From: Octopus sinensis
Lineage: Eukaryota
Length of the DNA: 64,000 nt
Assembly (NCBI RefSeq): GCF_006345805.1
Contig: NC_043000.1
Span: 132,618,001-132,682,000, forward strand
Reading direction: 5' to 3'
Translations under genes and position numbers: made by a program
Shown here: positions 23,473 through 35,696 of the stretch, in pieces
Layout: every line of letters starts with the position of its first letter
Numbering within the stretch: the stretch's first letter is position 1
The notes under the pieces: model-generated
Seen by the model: the letters and a program-made list of their open reading frames with translations, nothing else
Databases searched by the model: none
What the model was told of the DNA's origin: nothing

Positions 23473-25615
23473 TGTTATATCCTTACGCCTCCAATATCGT
23501 AGTACGGTTGATATTGTCAGCGATAGATAAAGAATACACCGTCAGGCCGCTACTATTTATATGTAGTAGTCCCGTCTATTCTCGTCAGAGTGTGTTGTAC
23601 TCTCACCACAACATCTCCCCTTTTGAGATTTCGAGTTCCGAAGGAATAAAGAAATTTTATTTATTATTATTATTTTTTTAAGTACCTTTTTCGCTAGGGC
23701 CTTATCTCAAGGGGTTTCGGCCTGCATCCGTTTTCTCATGCTGGTTCTAGGGGACTCCATTACTTTCGATGCTGGAACATCGAATACATAAAAAAATACT
23801 TCCATAGAAATTTCTCTCCGTTCTTCAGTATGTCTCTTCTTTAGCCGATTTATGTGTCTCCTATGTTCTCAGCGTGGTCCTTTAATTTGATACATCATAC
23901 TTCCTATGTTTTGGTTACAAGGCCATCCTCCCAGCCTTCTTTACCATTTCTGTAGGTTTTAAAATGCACTTTATCACCTAGTTCGAAATATTTCGTTGCA
24001 TCTTTCGTATTTCCTACACATCTTTTTTCCTCTTGCAAAAACTTATCAAAAGTCGATTTTATCCTTCTCGCGAACACCAACTCTATGAATGACTCCTGAA
24101 TTTGTACTTGGATTGTGGGTTACACATTTCGCCCATGAAATGAATTTTATCGCCCGTCACGCCACGCGCAATTTTCGCTGTTTTACGTAACCTTGGTTTC
24201 CCGACTTTTTTCCATGTATCCGCATTTATGATTGAAATATCACTACCTGTAACCAACATCAGTTTAATATTTACACCATTTATTTTTACGTCTACGAATT
24301 TTCTTGTTTTTGTGTCGCATTCACTTTCTGCTGAAAATACCTTAGAATTTTTTGCGTTCGACCCTCGTAATCTTGTCCTGCAGTGTGAGCTCTTGTGACC
24401 AAGTTTCTGACAACTATAGCATTTTCAGTTTTTAAACGGACACTGTTTTCTGAAGTGTAGGCCTCCACATCCGTGACATGGATTGGAACCTGGCACTCTT
24501 TTTTGGTTGTACTTTCCGAGTCGACACATCTGTATTATTGCGGAATCTTTCTCTTGAATTTTTTTCACGTCGTGTTTCAAGTTTACCATTGTTTGACTTT
24601 CTTCTGCAATGGTCTGTAGGATTAAGTCTTGGTTCACTTGCTCCATTTTTGAGAGAATCCTTGCCCGAATTTCTATATCTTCAGTTGCTGTAAGGCCTTG
24701 TACGAAGATAAGCGATTTAAACATATCCTGAAGTTTAAAGTTCCTGAAGTTTAAAGTTTCCACACATACGGTTGACTACTCCGACGTATGTAATAAAGTC
24801 ATCATTGACATTTTTTGTTAAGTTCCAACACTTCATTCGAGTGTTAAATAATGAACTTTTGTCACAAAAGACCTCTGAGAGTAATTCAATAGTTTCTTGG
24901 AAATCTCACTCGACTTTTTGGGCAATATAAAGTTACAGTAGCGTTCAAGCTCGACCGGAACTACCTTGTGCTGTAATAGCCTCACTTTCACTTCATCCGA
25001 CCATGACTTGCATTCTGTTAAAAATTTCCTCGTACTTTCAATAGTATGCATGAAACGTATTGCCCTCCTCCGGATTATAAATGAATTCAGATATCGAGTC
25101 CACCACGCTGTCTGGTGTAAACGAACTTACCGAATTTTCGGACTTCCTTGACTGTAACTCAGTTAACTGTTGTTGGTGGTGTTGTTGTAATATTTGCTTC
25201 TGCAACTCCTGTAGCTGTTACTGTCGCTTCTCATGAAGCTGCATTACTGCAGCTAATAGGTTCTCCATAATTTAACAATTTGTATGACGCACAAATTGCC
25301 AAATAACCTACGTGAGCTTCGAAAAATCCTCGTCGCCAGATGCTATATCCTTACGCCTCCAATATGGTAGTAAGGTTGATATTGTCTACGATAGATAAAG
25401 AATATACTGTAACAGTATTATAACAATACAAAATAGAAACAGTAGCAGTAACAAATACACAACGAACCAACAATCAATATTTCCAATACACTAGCTCGAA
25501 CTGTAAACTGTACCTGAACTTCGAAGACCAACTGCCAACTACGTCAGACCGCAACTATTTATATGTAGTGGTCCCGTCTATTCTCGCCAGAGTGTATCGT
25601 ACTCTCGCCACAACA
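23473..25615 (-). mobile_element. Internally deleted Ty3/Gypsy LTR retrotransposon
   Basis: LTRs at 25341-25615 and 23473-23613 with TG..CA ends. PBS TGGCGACGAGG at 25328-25338; PPT AAAAGGGGAGA at 23614-23624. Flanks catac/catag give a 5-bp TSD with 1 mismatch. Gag, protease and integrase C-terminal remnants are present. Confidence 0.9.
24380..25051 (-). pseudogene. Gypsy gag relic with zinc knuckles
   Basis: WSDEVKVRLLQHK..YCNFILPKK; FKSLIFVQGLTATEDIEIRARILSK; CHGCGGLHFRKQC; and an exact CX2CX4HX4C, CYSCQKLGHKSSHC, at 24380-24421. Confidence 0.85.
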
Positions 25616-25899
25616 CATAGATACATACATATATACATACATACACAAACACACACAAATGTTTATAGATACATATGTGATAGCTGTCGCCTCGCTGTTG
25701 AATATGAGCACCTCTTTGGCTCTCTTCCTCTATCCTTTTAAAGATGTGATGCCTCCTTGTGGTCTCTCACAATGACGAAGACCAAGTGTCTACATCTTAG
25801 ATATCAACGTCCTTTAAGAAGTCACAGTCGTGTGGACGACCTGGTAATCGTGACTATCCTCCCCACCTCTATACACTTTGTATTTCTTACTTATAATTA

Positions 25900-27060
25900 C
25901 TGAAATCACTACACTTGGTAAAAGTATCTGCTATCCTTGTTGCTGCTTTTGAAAGGCTCACGAAACCTAATCAACAATCCCCAAACTTATGAATGAAAGT
26001 AGAACATTAGTCTCTGGTGTTATAAATCTCACAAAAGGAATACGTATTTAAATGAGGTACTCAGTCAATATCTGTTTATTTTGACACAACATTCACGGTC
26101 ACTTATTCTTTCAAAAGACTAGTAGTAGTTATGTGTCGATGTCTACAACAGCATGAGATACCACTGTCAAATATAATTTCTTTGTGAATGATCTAAAATT
26201 TATACTATAAATATTCATAATTCTGAGAAAGAGCTAGATTCAAAGCATTTTCTACTGATGTAAGGATGGAATTTGAACAGAAACGCAAGAAAACTGTTTA
26301 CCAAACCCCAAACCTTCAGAGAGACATCGGTTGGCTCTCTATCTTCCTTGTTCCATAAATGCCTTGGCATTTGCAAGAATGTATCGTATAAAGGTGTTCT
26401 GAACAAAAACTGGTAGTTGGAACAGTTTTCTTACAAGATGTCTCAATATATTTGTAGTAACTGTAAAGGTACAACTTTTGGGATATTGACTATTCTACAA
26501 AAGAAATCTGCTCTCTATACATTAAAACCTACAAAATCCTGGCATCAACTGAAAGTTTCCACTGAAAAAGTGATATATATAGATACTTATAAATAGTGAT
26601 ATTTATAGACTTATAGATTTCCTTAAAACAAAAGAGAGGAGAGTCAGCTTTGATATATTTTGTCCATCAGATAGCATCCATTAAACAACAGCGACAATCA
26701 GTTGCTACTAAAGAAAGAACAACATTATGTATGTGCGAAAGGAACTCATTTCTCGGTGACCTTCCATGCAAGCTCAGAATTGCTGGACTAGAATCTTTCA
26801 ATAAAGACATAGAAGAGAAACATTTTGTATGTCAAAGAAAAAGGAATTAGAATAATAAATAGATAAAAAAAATTTGTGCATGGGTTATGCTTCTTATGTT
26901 TTCAGTAGACTTAACTATTTTACTTTTGACAGAAAGTGTAATCTCTCTTGTGGTCGTTGCATAACATCATATTTCGAAGGCTATGCTTTAGCAATAAAAG
27001 AGCTGGGAGTAACTACAAAAAATCTAATGAAGAAAAGAGATAGAAAATCCATTACGTAAA
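25900..27060 (+). mobile_element. R4/Dong-like LINE reverse-transcriptase relic, highly decayed
   Basis: SLHLVKVSAILVAAL; FHKCLGICKNVSYKG (YKYLG-like); TTFGIL/DYSTKEICSLYIKTYKILASTESFH*KSDIYR (DIKTRKIL..FH..SD.DRLY-like). Confidence 0.55.
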
Positions 27061-27292
27061 CCTACCGAGATGCAACTCAAATTATTGATTATGTCATATC
27101 TCCGAGGAAAATATTACGCATATCAGTAGTAACTGCCCCAAAATGTCATCGATCTTCCAATACGGTATAATGCTGTTGCTAAAACATTACGCGATAACAC
27201 CACAGTGCCATCTATTGGAAAGACTGCTCTGGGATATAAAAAGAAAATATGGAAGGCCAGATTGACACGCCATATTGACTTGCCAATATAAA

Positions 27293-27683
27293 TCTCTCTA
27301 TATATAAAGCTGAAGTTGTCTGTGTATGGCAGATTTGGTAGCCTTCAACTAACATCTCCTCCGAGACCCTGCTGCGCAAGTTGACCAAAATTGAGGGTAT
27401 GATAGAAGAAGGGTTGCTCTTTCTTCCGTAGAAAAAAAAAATTCAAATCGGACATGTTAACACCAAAAATTATTTACATCAAAACGGTGCTTTTTTTTCT
27501 ATGAAAATCCCTATTTTTTACGATTTTTTTAACTGCTGTGTCGCCATTTTTCAGTGTATTTCAACCAGAAAAATGTTCACTTAAAGAGAATAACAAGCTA
27601 CATAATGCAAAATGTTTACTTTTCAAAAATTCCAATTCTAAAGGGTTGAAACAAGCCCGAGCAACGCCGGGTGATACTGCTAG
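27293..27683 (+). mobile_element. Non-autonomous Helitron
   Basis: A|TC..TCTATATATAAAG 5' end; 3' GC hairpin cccgagcaacgccggg followed by CTAG|T; no TSD. Confidence 0.8.
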
Positions 27684-28187
27684 TATAATATAAATGTATA
27701 ACGTAAATATTTTATTACATGAATATGTTTGTGCGGAAGATTAAATAAAAACGTTTTCTGATGGTGAGTACATATACATGTAACGATATTAGTGGAACAT
27801 TTCCAATCAAACTTCTGCCAGTTGCAAATATAACTTGTCTTATGTAGTTGCTTGGGACAGAAAAAAAAGCGAACAACTAGAGTGAACTGTTTGGCAGATG
27901 TGAAAATTCATTTCAAAATCAGTGAGAAGGATAATTATACAATAACTGCTTCGAAACATATCGCTTCTCTAACCAGATTATAAATTCACATTTATGCCAA
28001 TCGTTACTGAGTGACATGAAGTAAGAGAAGGTGAAAGAAAGAGAAAAGTGAGAGCAAAAATAGTGTGAGGGAGAGCGACGGAAGGAGAGTGAGGAGGAGA
28101 TGGAAATGGGGAGAGAGAGAGAGAAAGTGTGTAAGTTAGTGTGTATGTCTAATTAACAGTCTGGAAAAAGAAAGTGACCAGCTAACA

Positions 28188-28576
28188 TGGATGTAAACAC
28201 TCCGTCGGTTACGACGATGAGGGTTCCGGTTGATCCGAATCAACGGAACAGCCTGCTCGTGAAATTAACGTGTAAGTGGCTGAGCACTCCACAGACACGT
28301 GTACCATTAACGTAGTTCTCGGGGATATTCAGCGTGACACAGAGATTGACAAGGCCGGCCCTTTGAAATACAGGTACAACAGAAACAGGAAGTAAGAGTG
28401 AGAGAAAGTTGTGGTGAAAGAGTACAGCAGGGATCACCACCATCCCCTGCCGGAGCCTCGTGGAGCTTTAGGTGTTTTCGCTCAATAAACACTCACAACG
28501 CCTGGTCTGGGAATCGAAACCGCGATCCTATGACCGCGAGTCCGCTGCCCTAACCACTGGGCCATTGCGCCTCCAC
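28188..28576 (-). mobile_element. SINE family C, full length
   Basis: Reverse complement gives gtggaggcgcaatggcccagtggttaggg...accgacggagtg; 12-bp TSD gaccagctaaca at 28176-28187 and 28577-28588. Confidence 0.92.
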
Positions 28577-28764
28577 GACCAGCTAACACAGGCTTGACAA
28601 ATACAATCTGTAAACGGAACAGCAACAATAATATTTTTCTGAAGTACAACATATAACTTTTTAACATTGTTGTTATTAAAATTCTAATGATGGAACTTCG
28701 CTTCTTTCATGAAAATCAATCAGCTCTTTTTCTTTTTGTAGGGTAAATACCCCCTTCGGGGAAT

Positions 28765-28915
28765 AAACAAAGGTCGGTACAACTTAGCACCAGTAACGTC
28801 GCATCTCATTTCTACAGTTGAGTGAACTGGAGCAACGTGAAATAAAGTGTCTTGCTCAAGTACACAACACAAAGCTCGGTCCGGGATTGTAAGCCCGATG
28901 TTCTAACCATTGAGT
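28765..28915 (-). mobile_element. SINE family D-like fragment with a third tail type
   Basis: ggagcaacgtgaaataaagtgtcttgctcaag core; the adjacent tail differs from tails 1 and 2. Confidence 0.55.
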
Positions 28916-30036
28916 CACAAACAAAAAAAAATTCAACTATGTAAGAAGGTCAATATACTGAACAACCAGAGCAAAACAACATTTACAAACGGCCATTTAA
29001 AAATTTGTAACCGATCTGTATAAATGTATAAAACACTCATTGCATTAATGAGTGTTTACAGCCGATCTAGCATTTATTAGACTTCGATCTGTTAATTATC
29101 CAATGGGAAAGAAAATATGAAGGTAAGAAAAGAAAAAATGAAGATAAGCAATTACATATGCGTTTCTATTGCATTCAGTTGAGACAGGTGAGGGTAATAC
29201 AGGAGATTTTGTAAATAGAAAAGAAATGGAGAGAGGGGGTGGGGAGGGGGAGGGGGAGGGGGAGATGAGTAGAGAGAGAGAGAGAGGAATAGGTTGAGGT
29301 ATGAGAGGAGTGCAAGAAACTATGCAATCAAAGTAACAAAGGGTAATATGTATGTAGGTTTGTTGTGAAAGAGAAGAGAGAAGAGGACGAGAATGTGCGT
29401 AATAAGAGTGACAACAGGAGAGAGAGAGAGAGGACGAGAAAAAAAGAGAGAGAGAGAGAGAGGAAGAGAAAAAGAGAGAGAGAAGGGGAAATAGAGGAAA
29501 GGGAAGGAAAACAGCGGGAGAAAGAGTGAAATAAACACACAGAGAGACAGAGAGAGACAAAGATGTATGTGTTGCGTTGTAATTGCGGGATTGATTGGGA
29601 AATATAGAGCAAGAAAATTGAATGAAAATGTGTGAGAGAGAGGGGGGAGAAAGAGGGAGGGAGGGAGGGAAATAAAAAAAGAAAGACAAATAAATAAAGA
29701 GATAGATAGATAGAGAAAGAGAGAGGGGAAGAGTGAGAAAATTAATAGCATAACACAATAAGGGAAAGAGGGGCGAACAAGAGAAAAATAAGAGAGAGAG
29801 TGAATGTGTACATGTGTGCTTCTGTGAATGTCTCTGTGTGTGTGTCTATATTTTGTGATGTGTGTTGTGTGTTCATGTATGCGTGTGTAAGTGTGTGTGT
29901 GTGTATAAGTGTATGTAACTGAGTGACAGGGAGTAAAAGAAGGTGAAAGAACGAGAAAAGGGAGAGCAAGAAATAGTGTGAGGGAGAGCGACGGAAGAAG
30001 AGAGAGGAGATGGAAATGGAGAGAGAGAGAGAGAAA

Positions 30037-30200
30037 GAGAGAACAATTGAGAGAGCGAGAGAGAGAGAAAGAGAGAACAATTGAGAGAGCGAGAGAGAGA
30101 GAGAGAAAGAGAGAACAATTGAGAGAGAGAGAGAGAGAGAAAGAGAGAACAATTGAGAGAGCGAGAGAGAGAGAGAGAAAGAGAGAACAATTGAGAGAGC

Positions 30201-30232
<32 letters not shown>

Positions 30233-30250
30233 ACAATTGAGAGAGAGAGA
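30037..30250. repeat. GA-based minisatellite, ~7 units punctuated by aacaatt
   Basis: (gagagagagaaagagagaacaattgagagagc)-like units of variable length. Confidence 0.9.
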
Positions 30251-30721
30251 GAGAGCAACGACTTATTTACGTTTTAGAAACGAACATTTTTTTTTTGACC
30301 CTGACCGCCTTCCTCGCCCATCACTTTGGATTAGTTTAACAACCTTGGTGAAAACACATTCTGCAGGTGCTTTTAAGTTTTTTTTTAGATTTTCCACCCA
30401 TTAAAGAAAAAAATATAGATACTTTATTATTTTATATCGTATTTTATTTTCATTTTGTTTAAATTTTATTTGACATTATTATTATTCCAGGAAATCAACA
30501 AACAGCTTCCAGATAATTCTGGTAAATATATATATAAAAAATAAATAATAAGAAAAAAACAGGAAAAGGACATACAAAATATAAAAAAAACATACCCACA
30601 CACAAAAAATAAGGAAAGTCGTGAAGTTGCCGTAGCTTCTAACAAAGGCAACCGAAAATAAAAATAACAACACGCACACGCATATATAATATTATATAGG
30701 CACACACACACCACACACACA

Positions 30722-30756
<35 letters not shown>

Positions 30757-30829
30757 TCACGCATACACACACGTGCGCACATAATATGTTTAATCAATTG
30801 AAACAAGACGCAGGTAAGGAAATAATGCG

Positions 30830-30889
30830 CGCACTCGCCGAGAATCGAACCCGTGTCTGTTTTGTGGCGTATGCCATAAGTATGAGTAC
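30830..30889 (-). pseudogene. Decayed tRNA-Gly(GCC)-like pseudogene
   Basis: The minus strand reads GTACTCA...GCCAC...CACGGGTTCGATTCTCGGCGAGTGCG. The T arm and 6 bp of acceptor stem are recognisable; the D/anticodon arms are partly deleted (60 nt). Confidence 0.45.
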
Positions 30890-31213
30890 CATGAAAAAGA
30901 GAAAGTATAACATTATGGACACTTGCTCTTTTTCAGAGGGAATAAGAAGAGAAAGAAATTGTTTGCTGTGTTGGCGAAGCAGGAAGTGGACGACAACCGG
31001 ATGTATGCTCAACGATATAAATTTAAGCCATTAACGTTATATTCCTTCCTTAGAACTTCAGTTCTTGATGGAATCCTTGAGGCGCCTTCGTTATCTGCAA
31101 AGTGTCTTAGACATTTCGAAACCTGGAAAGGCCACTCCCTCTCCAGTCTGAAGGTAGCCAAGTACTTCCAGTAGGAGAGAGAGCCTGAGTGAGAGAGAGA
31201 GAGAGGGGTGAAG

Positions 31214-31262
<49 letters not shown>

Positions 31263-31282
31263 TAATAATAACGATAATAATA

Positions 31283-31535
31283 ATCCTTTCTACTATTGGC
31301 ACAAGGCCTGAAATTTGGGGGAAGGAGGATAGTCGATTACATCAACCCCAAAATGATGAAAGGTAAAGTCGACTCCGCGGAATTTGAACTCAAAACGTTA
31401 AAACGGACGAAATATAATAAAATAATAATAATAACAACAAGAATCGACTCCAGCACTGGATTGGTATTTTATTTATTGACCCCGAAAGCATGCAAGGTAT
31501 AGGTGACCTCGATAGGATTTGAACTCAGAACGTAG
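31283..31535 (-). mobile_element. Two diverged SINE family A fragments
   Basis: ggtaaagtcgactccgcggaatttgaactc and ggatttgaactcagaacgtag. Confidence 0.7.
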
Positions 31536-32341
31536 ATAATCAGAAACCGTAAGCCAGTGGTTCTCAAATCTGAGCGAATCGCTCTCTTGGGGGCGAAAAT
31601 CAAATTGGGGGAGAGACGAATCAGCCTTCGATCGGCGACTGCACTCACAACAGGCAATCACACATCCAGTGCATCATGACAAAGGCTCTTCTCAATAACT
31701 GCGGTCAAGCCGTAAAACCAGCTCTTTTTCTTAATTCAAATAGAGTAGCTATGCGCCTCAATAAGTGCGTTATCTTCCAGAATTTAGTTCATCGATTTAT
31801 AATGACTCATTCATCACTGAATTTCTTACCCTTGTTACTATGACACTGGCCGCCGGGCTGCGTGATTCATTGAATACACGGCACTCGCCTGAATTTGACG
31901 GTCTCTCTCTTAAGCGTCGGACACAGATATAATATTACAGATTAGTGTTTACTAATTTGCATTCGTTTTCGCCCACTTTTTATGGCAGGCTCGTCGAAAA
32001 AGAAGTATCGACAGTATATTGATGAGTATTTACAATATGGTTTTATCAAGAACTCTACAGACCCAAAGCAGCTGTTTTGTATCATGTGTCATCAATCTTT
32101 GTCCAATGAAGTCATGAAGCCCCCTTGACTTTCTGGCCACATGAGAAGAAAACACCCCGAAAAAGTCGGTAAGTCTATCAAATGTTTTGAGTCATTGAAA
32201 ACTGATTTTGAAAATCGGAGTACTGTTAAATCATTATTTAAGAAACAAACAAAAATTAATAACGGTGGACTGGTTGTTTCCTACAATATTGCAGAAATTA
32301 TTGCAAAAACAGGTAATGCACAAACGGTAGCTTAAAAGATT

Positions 32342-32750
32342 TTATTTCTTTACTGCTCACAAGGGGCTATACATAGAGGGAGCAAACAAGGACAGACAAA
32401 CGGATTAAGTCGATTATATCGACCCCAGTGCGTAACTGATCCTTATTTAAACGTCCCTGAAAGGATGAAAGGCAAAGTCGACCTCGACGGAATTTGAACT
32501 CAGAGCGTAAAGACAGACGAAATACCTATTTCTTTACTACCCACAAGGGGCTAAACACAGAGTGGACAAATAAGGACAGACAAACGGATTAAGTCGATTA
32601 CATCGACCCCAGTGCGTAACTGGTACTTAATTTATCGACCCCGAAAGGATGAAAGATAAAGTCGACCTCAACGGAGTTTGAACACAGAACGTAGCGGCAG
32701 ACGAAATACGGCTACGCATTTCGCCCGGCGTGCTAAAGTTTCTGCCAGCT
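32342..32750 (-). mobile_element. SINE family A (dimeric) inserted in the hAT transposase
   Basis: Short TSD aagatt at 32336-32341 and 32751-32756; excision restores QTVA*KIIVPTV in frame. Confidence 0.9.
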
Positions 32751-33859
32751 AAGATTATTGTGCCTACAGTTGAAGCAGTAATAGTAGAATTTATGAATCA
32801 AGATCCTTCATCTATCAATGAAGCTCCACCTTTAAGTAATGATTCTATTCATAGGAGAATTGATAAAATGTCAGGTCATATCAAAGACGTACTAATTCAA
32901 AAATTGAATACAACGAATTTTTCTAATTAAATTGACGAAGGCCCTTTTAATGGGTTATGTCTGATATTTTGATCTGTTATTTGTAAAACTGTTGGAGACT
33001 GACACAACGGGTGCGTCTATAGTTTCTAAAGTGAAAAGTTTTTTTGAAGAAAAAGAAATTCCATATTATGAAAATTTAGTTTTATGTGCTACTGATGGTG
33101 CAATGTCTATGGTTGGGAGACACAAAGGATTTATGTCTCATTTAAAAAGTTGTTCCCCCCCTTCCAAATTCTAGTTATACACTGTGTGCTACACAGGCAT
33201 AACCTCATGGCCAAAAATATAAGCCATTTTCTAAACCAGTCATTGAACAGTAATAAAAACAATAAACAAAATTAAATCTAACAGTAAATGTGACCGTCAT
33301 TTTCGAAAACTTTATGTCGATGTTGACGAACAATAGATAAGACTTTTGCATACCGATGTCCGTTGGCTATCCAAAGGCAACTGCTTGGAAAGATTTGTAA
33401 ACTTACTTAATACAATAGTTATATTCTTACGAACAGAAGGACACGCAGACTTAGCCGCTGAGATTCAAGCTCAAAAGAAGACCATACACTATCTTAGTTA
33501 GATTTTCTGTAATCTGCACGAGGTCTCTCTTCTGCTGCAGGGGAAAATGATAACGCTGATAGACTGCGAACGGGTGATGAGAGCTTTTGTTGAAAAACTC
33601 AATCTTTTCCAAGTTAATTTAAAACTAAGACAGTTTTATAATATGCCCGAACTAGCGGAAATCGACTTATGTGAAAATGACATTGGTATTTGTTGCGACC
33701 GTCTGTCTGCTTTGAAAAATGATTTAGAAAGCAGATTTACCGATTTATTTAACTTCACTATTCAGCTATGGATGATTGACTCATTCGATTGTGATCCTCA
33801 CTGTGCACACGAAAATATCCAGGCGAAAGTCATCGAGATGAAATGTAATGATGAATTTC

Positions 33860-34190
33860 GTGAGGGCGCGTGGCTTAGTGGTTAGGGCATTCGGCTCATG
33901 ATCGTAAGGTTGTGAGTTCGATTCCCGGCGACGCGTTGTGTCCTTGAGCAAGACACTTTATTTCACGTTGCTCCAGTCCATTCAGCTGGCAAAAATGAGT
34001 TGTACTTGTATTTCAAAGGGTCAGCCTTGTCACTCTCTGTCTCACGCTGATTATCCCCGAGAACTACGTTAAGGGTACACGTGTCTGTGGAATGCTCAGC
34101 CATTTGCACGTTAATTTCACGAGCAAGCTGTTCCGTTGATCGTATCAGCTGGGACCCTCGTCGTCGTAACCGGCGGAGTCTTTTTTTTTA
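33860..34190 (+). mobile_element. SINE family D inserted in the hAT transposase
   Basis: 14-bp TSD taatgatgaatttc at 33846-33859 and 34191-34204. Confidence 0.92.
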
Positions 34191-34379
34191 TAATGATGAA
34201 TTTCAAATTAAGTTCTTTGCTTTAACTCTAAAGCAAAGAAAAAAAAAACTATAGTTTTTGAGTTCTAAAGCCCTTAAAAGGGCTGATTTTAAAGTTCTGG
34301 CACTTTTAAAAGGTGGGATTTTAGGTGGTTTTAGAACAAAAACTGATTTTGGGGGGATTTTTTTTCTATACTAAAAATT

Positions 34380-34514
34380 AGCGTTAATCGTTTATCGATA
34401 ACTTCCGTTACATTTTAAAAGAATTAACTGGTTAACGGTTATCGAAGTTAACTTTTTGGTTAACAGATTAACGGTTAACGAAGTTAACTTTTCGATTGAC
34501 GGTACCTACCTTTG
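34380..34514. mobile_element. Probable DNA-transposon terminus with GTTAAC subterminal repeats
   Basis: Clustered gttaac/ttaacg motifs ending in cctacctttg; no partner end found. Confidence 0.35.
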
Positions 34515-34764
34515 CATATATACAAACACTACGCTAATAAGCTACTGTGTAATTTGCAAACAGATTGCCGATGGAAGACGAACTAATTAAAGACAATGCA
34601 CCGATAATAATAAACACCGACAAGGACAATAATAAGAGTTTAAGTCCTTTGTGTCATTAAATTAAATGCTAAAGGAAAGCTATGAATCATTCTTAACTTT
34701 TGTATCATTCTACTGTCACTAACATCATTGTTAAAGCCGATATTTAAAAAAACAAAAAAACAAG

Positions 34765-34975
34765 TGGCGGTGCAATGGCCCAGTGGTTAGGGCAGCGAAC
34801 TCGCGGTCGTAGAATCGCGGTTTCGATTCCCAGACCGGGCGTTGTGAGTGTTTATTGAGCGAAAACACCTAAAAGCTCCACGATGCTCCGGCAGGGGGTG
34901 GTGATCCCTGCTGTACTCTTTCACCACAACGGCGGTGCATCAGCATGGCCGCAGCTCTGAGCTGAAACTAGTGAA
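34765..34975 (+). mobile_element. Chimeric SINE: family C head joined to family B 3' end
   Basis: The C sequence runs to ctctttcaccacaac, then switches to ggcggtgcatcagcatggccgcag...gctgaaactagt followed by poly(A). Confidence 0.75.
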
Positions 34976-35276
34976 AAAAAAAAATTTCCAAAAAAAAAAT
35001 CTTTTCGGCATCGACTAAAAAAAAAAAATCAAGCCTAAATGATATTTTATTAATCAATTGTCAGATGATCGTATAAACCTCAAGCTATTTCCTTAGAATT
35101 TTAAACTATGTATTTTCAAGTATCTCCTACATATAATTAACTGACTAATCTTAACGTCATGAAATTAAAATTAAACTGCTTGATGTTGATTTGTATCACT
35201 AAAAATAAAATCAATTAATCGTAAGCTAATTTGCTACAATCGCCAATCTTTGCTCAGTGACTAAATAAGTTGTAAT

Positions 35277-35694
35277 AGGCGCAGGAGTGGCTGTGTGGTA
35301 AGTAGCTTGCTAACCAACCACATAGTTCCGGGTTCAGTCCCACTGCGTGGCATCTTGGGCAAGTGTCTTCTGCTATAGCCCCGGGCCGACCAATGCCTTG
35401 TGAGTGGATTTGGTAGACGGAAACTGAAAGAAGCCTGTCTTATATATGTATATATATATGTATGTGTGTGTGTGTTTGTGTGTCTGTATTTGTCCCCCTA
35501 GCATTGCTTGACAACCGATGCTGGAGTATTTACGTCCCCGTAACTTAGCGGTTCGGCAAAAGAGACCGATAGAAAAAGTACTGGGCTTACAAAGAATAAG
35601 TCCCGGGGTCGATTTGCTCGACTAAAGGCGGTGCTCCAGTATGGCCGCAGTCAAATGACTGAAACAAGTAAAAGAGTAAAAGAGTAAAGAGTAA
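35277..35694 (+). mobile_element. SINE family B, full length
   Basis: aggcgcaggagtggctgtgtggtaag...aaagagtaaaagagtaaagag. Confidence 0.93.
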
Positions 35695-35696
35695 TA

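Larger units (their letters stand above)
31555..34215 (+). mobile_element. hAT (Buster/Charlie-type) DNA transposon relic, 3'-truncated, with two SINE insertions
   Basis: Left TIR CAGTGGTTCTCAAA at 31555, followed by transposase motifs; no matching right TIR found. Confidence 0.88.
31982..34215 (+). pseudogene. Disrupted Buster/ZBED5-SCAND3-family transposase
   Basis: MAGSSKKKYRQYIDEYLQYGF..CIMCHQSLSNEVMKP (BED finger); SYNIAEIIAKTG; PLSNDSIHRRID; CATDGAMSMVG; HCVLHRHNL; DVRWLSKGNCLERF. Stops and frameshifts are present and the C-terminal catalytic Glu region is absent. Confidence 0.9.

Noticed and set aside
31095-31133. Hairpin plus CGAAAC-CT-GGAA-AG-GCC hammerhead-like motif
   Set aside because: The core is reduced to CTGCA, the triplet is GCC and there is no stem I; decayed at best.
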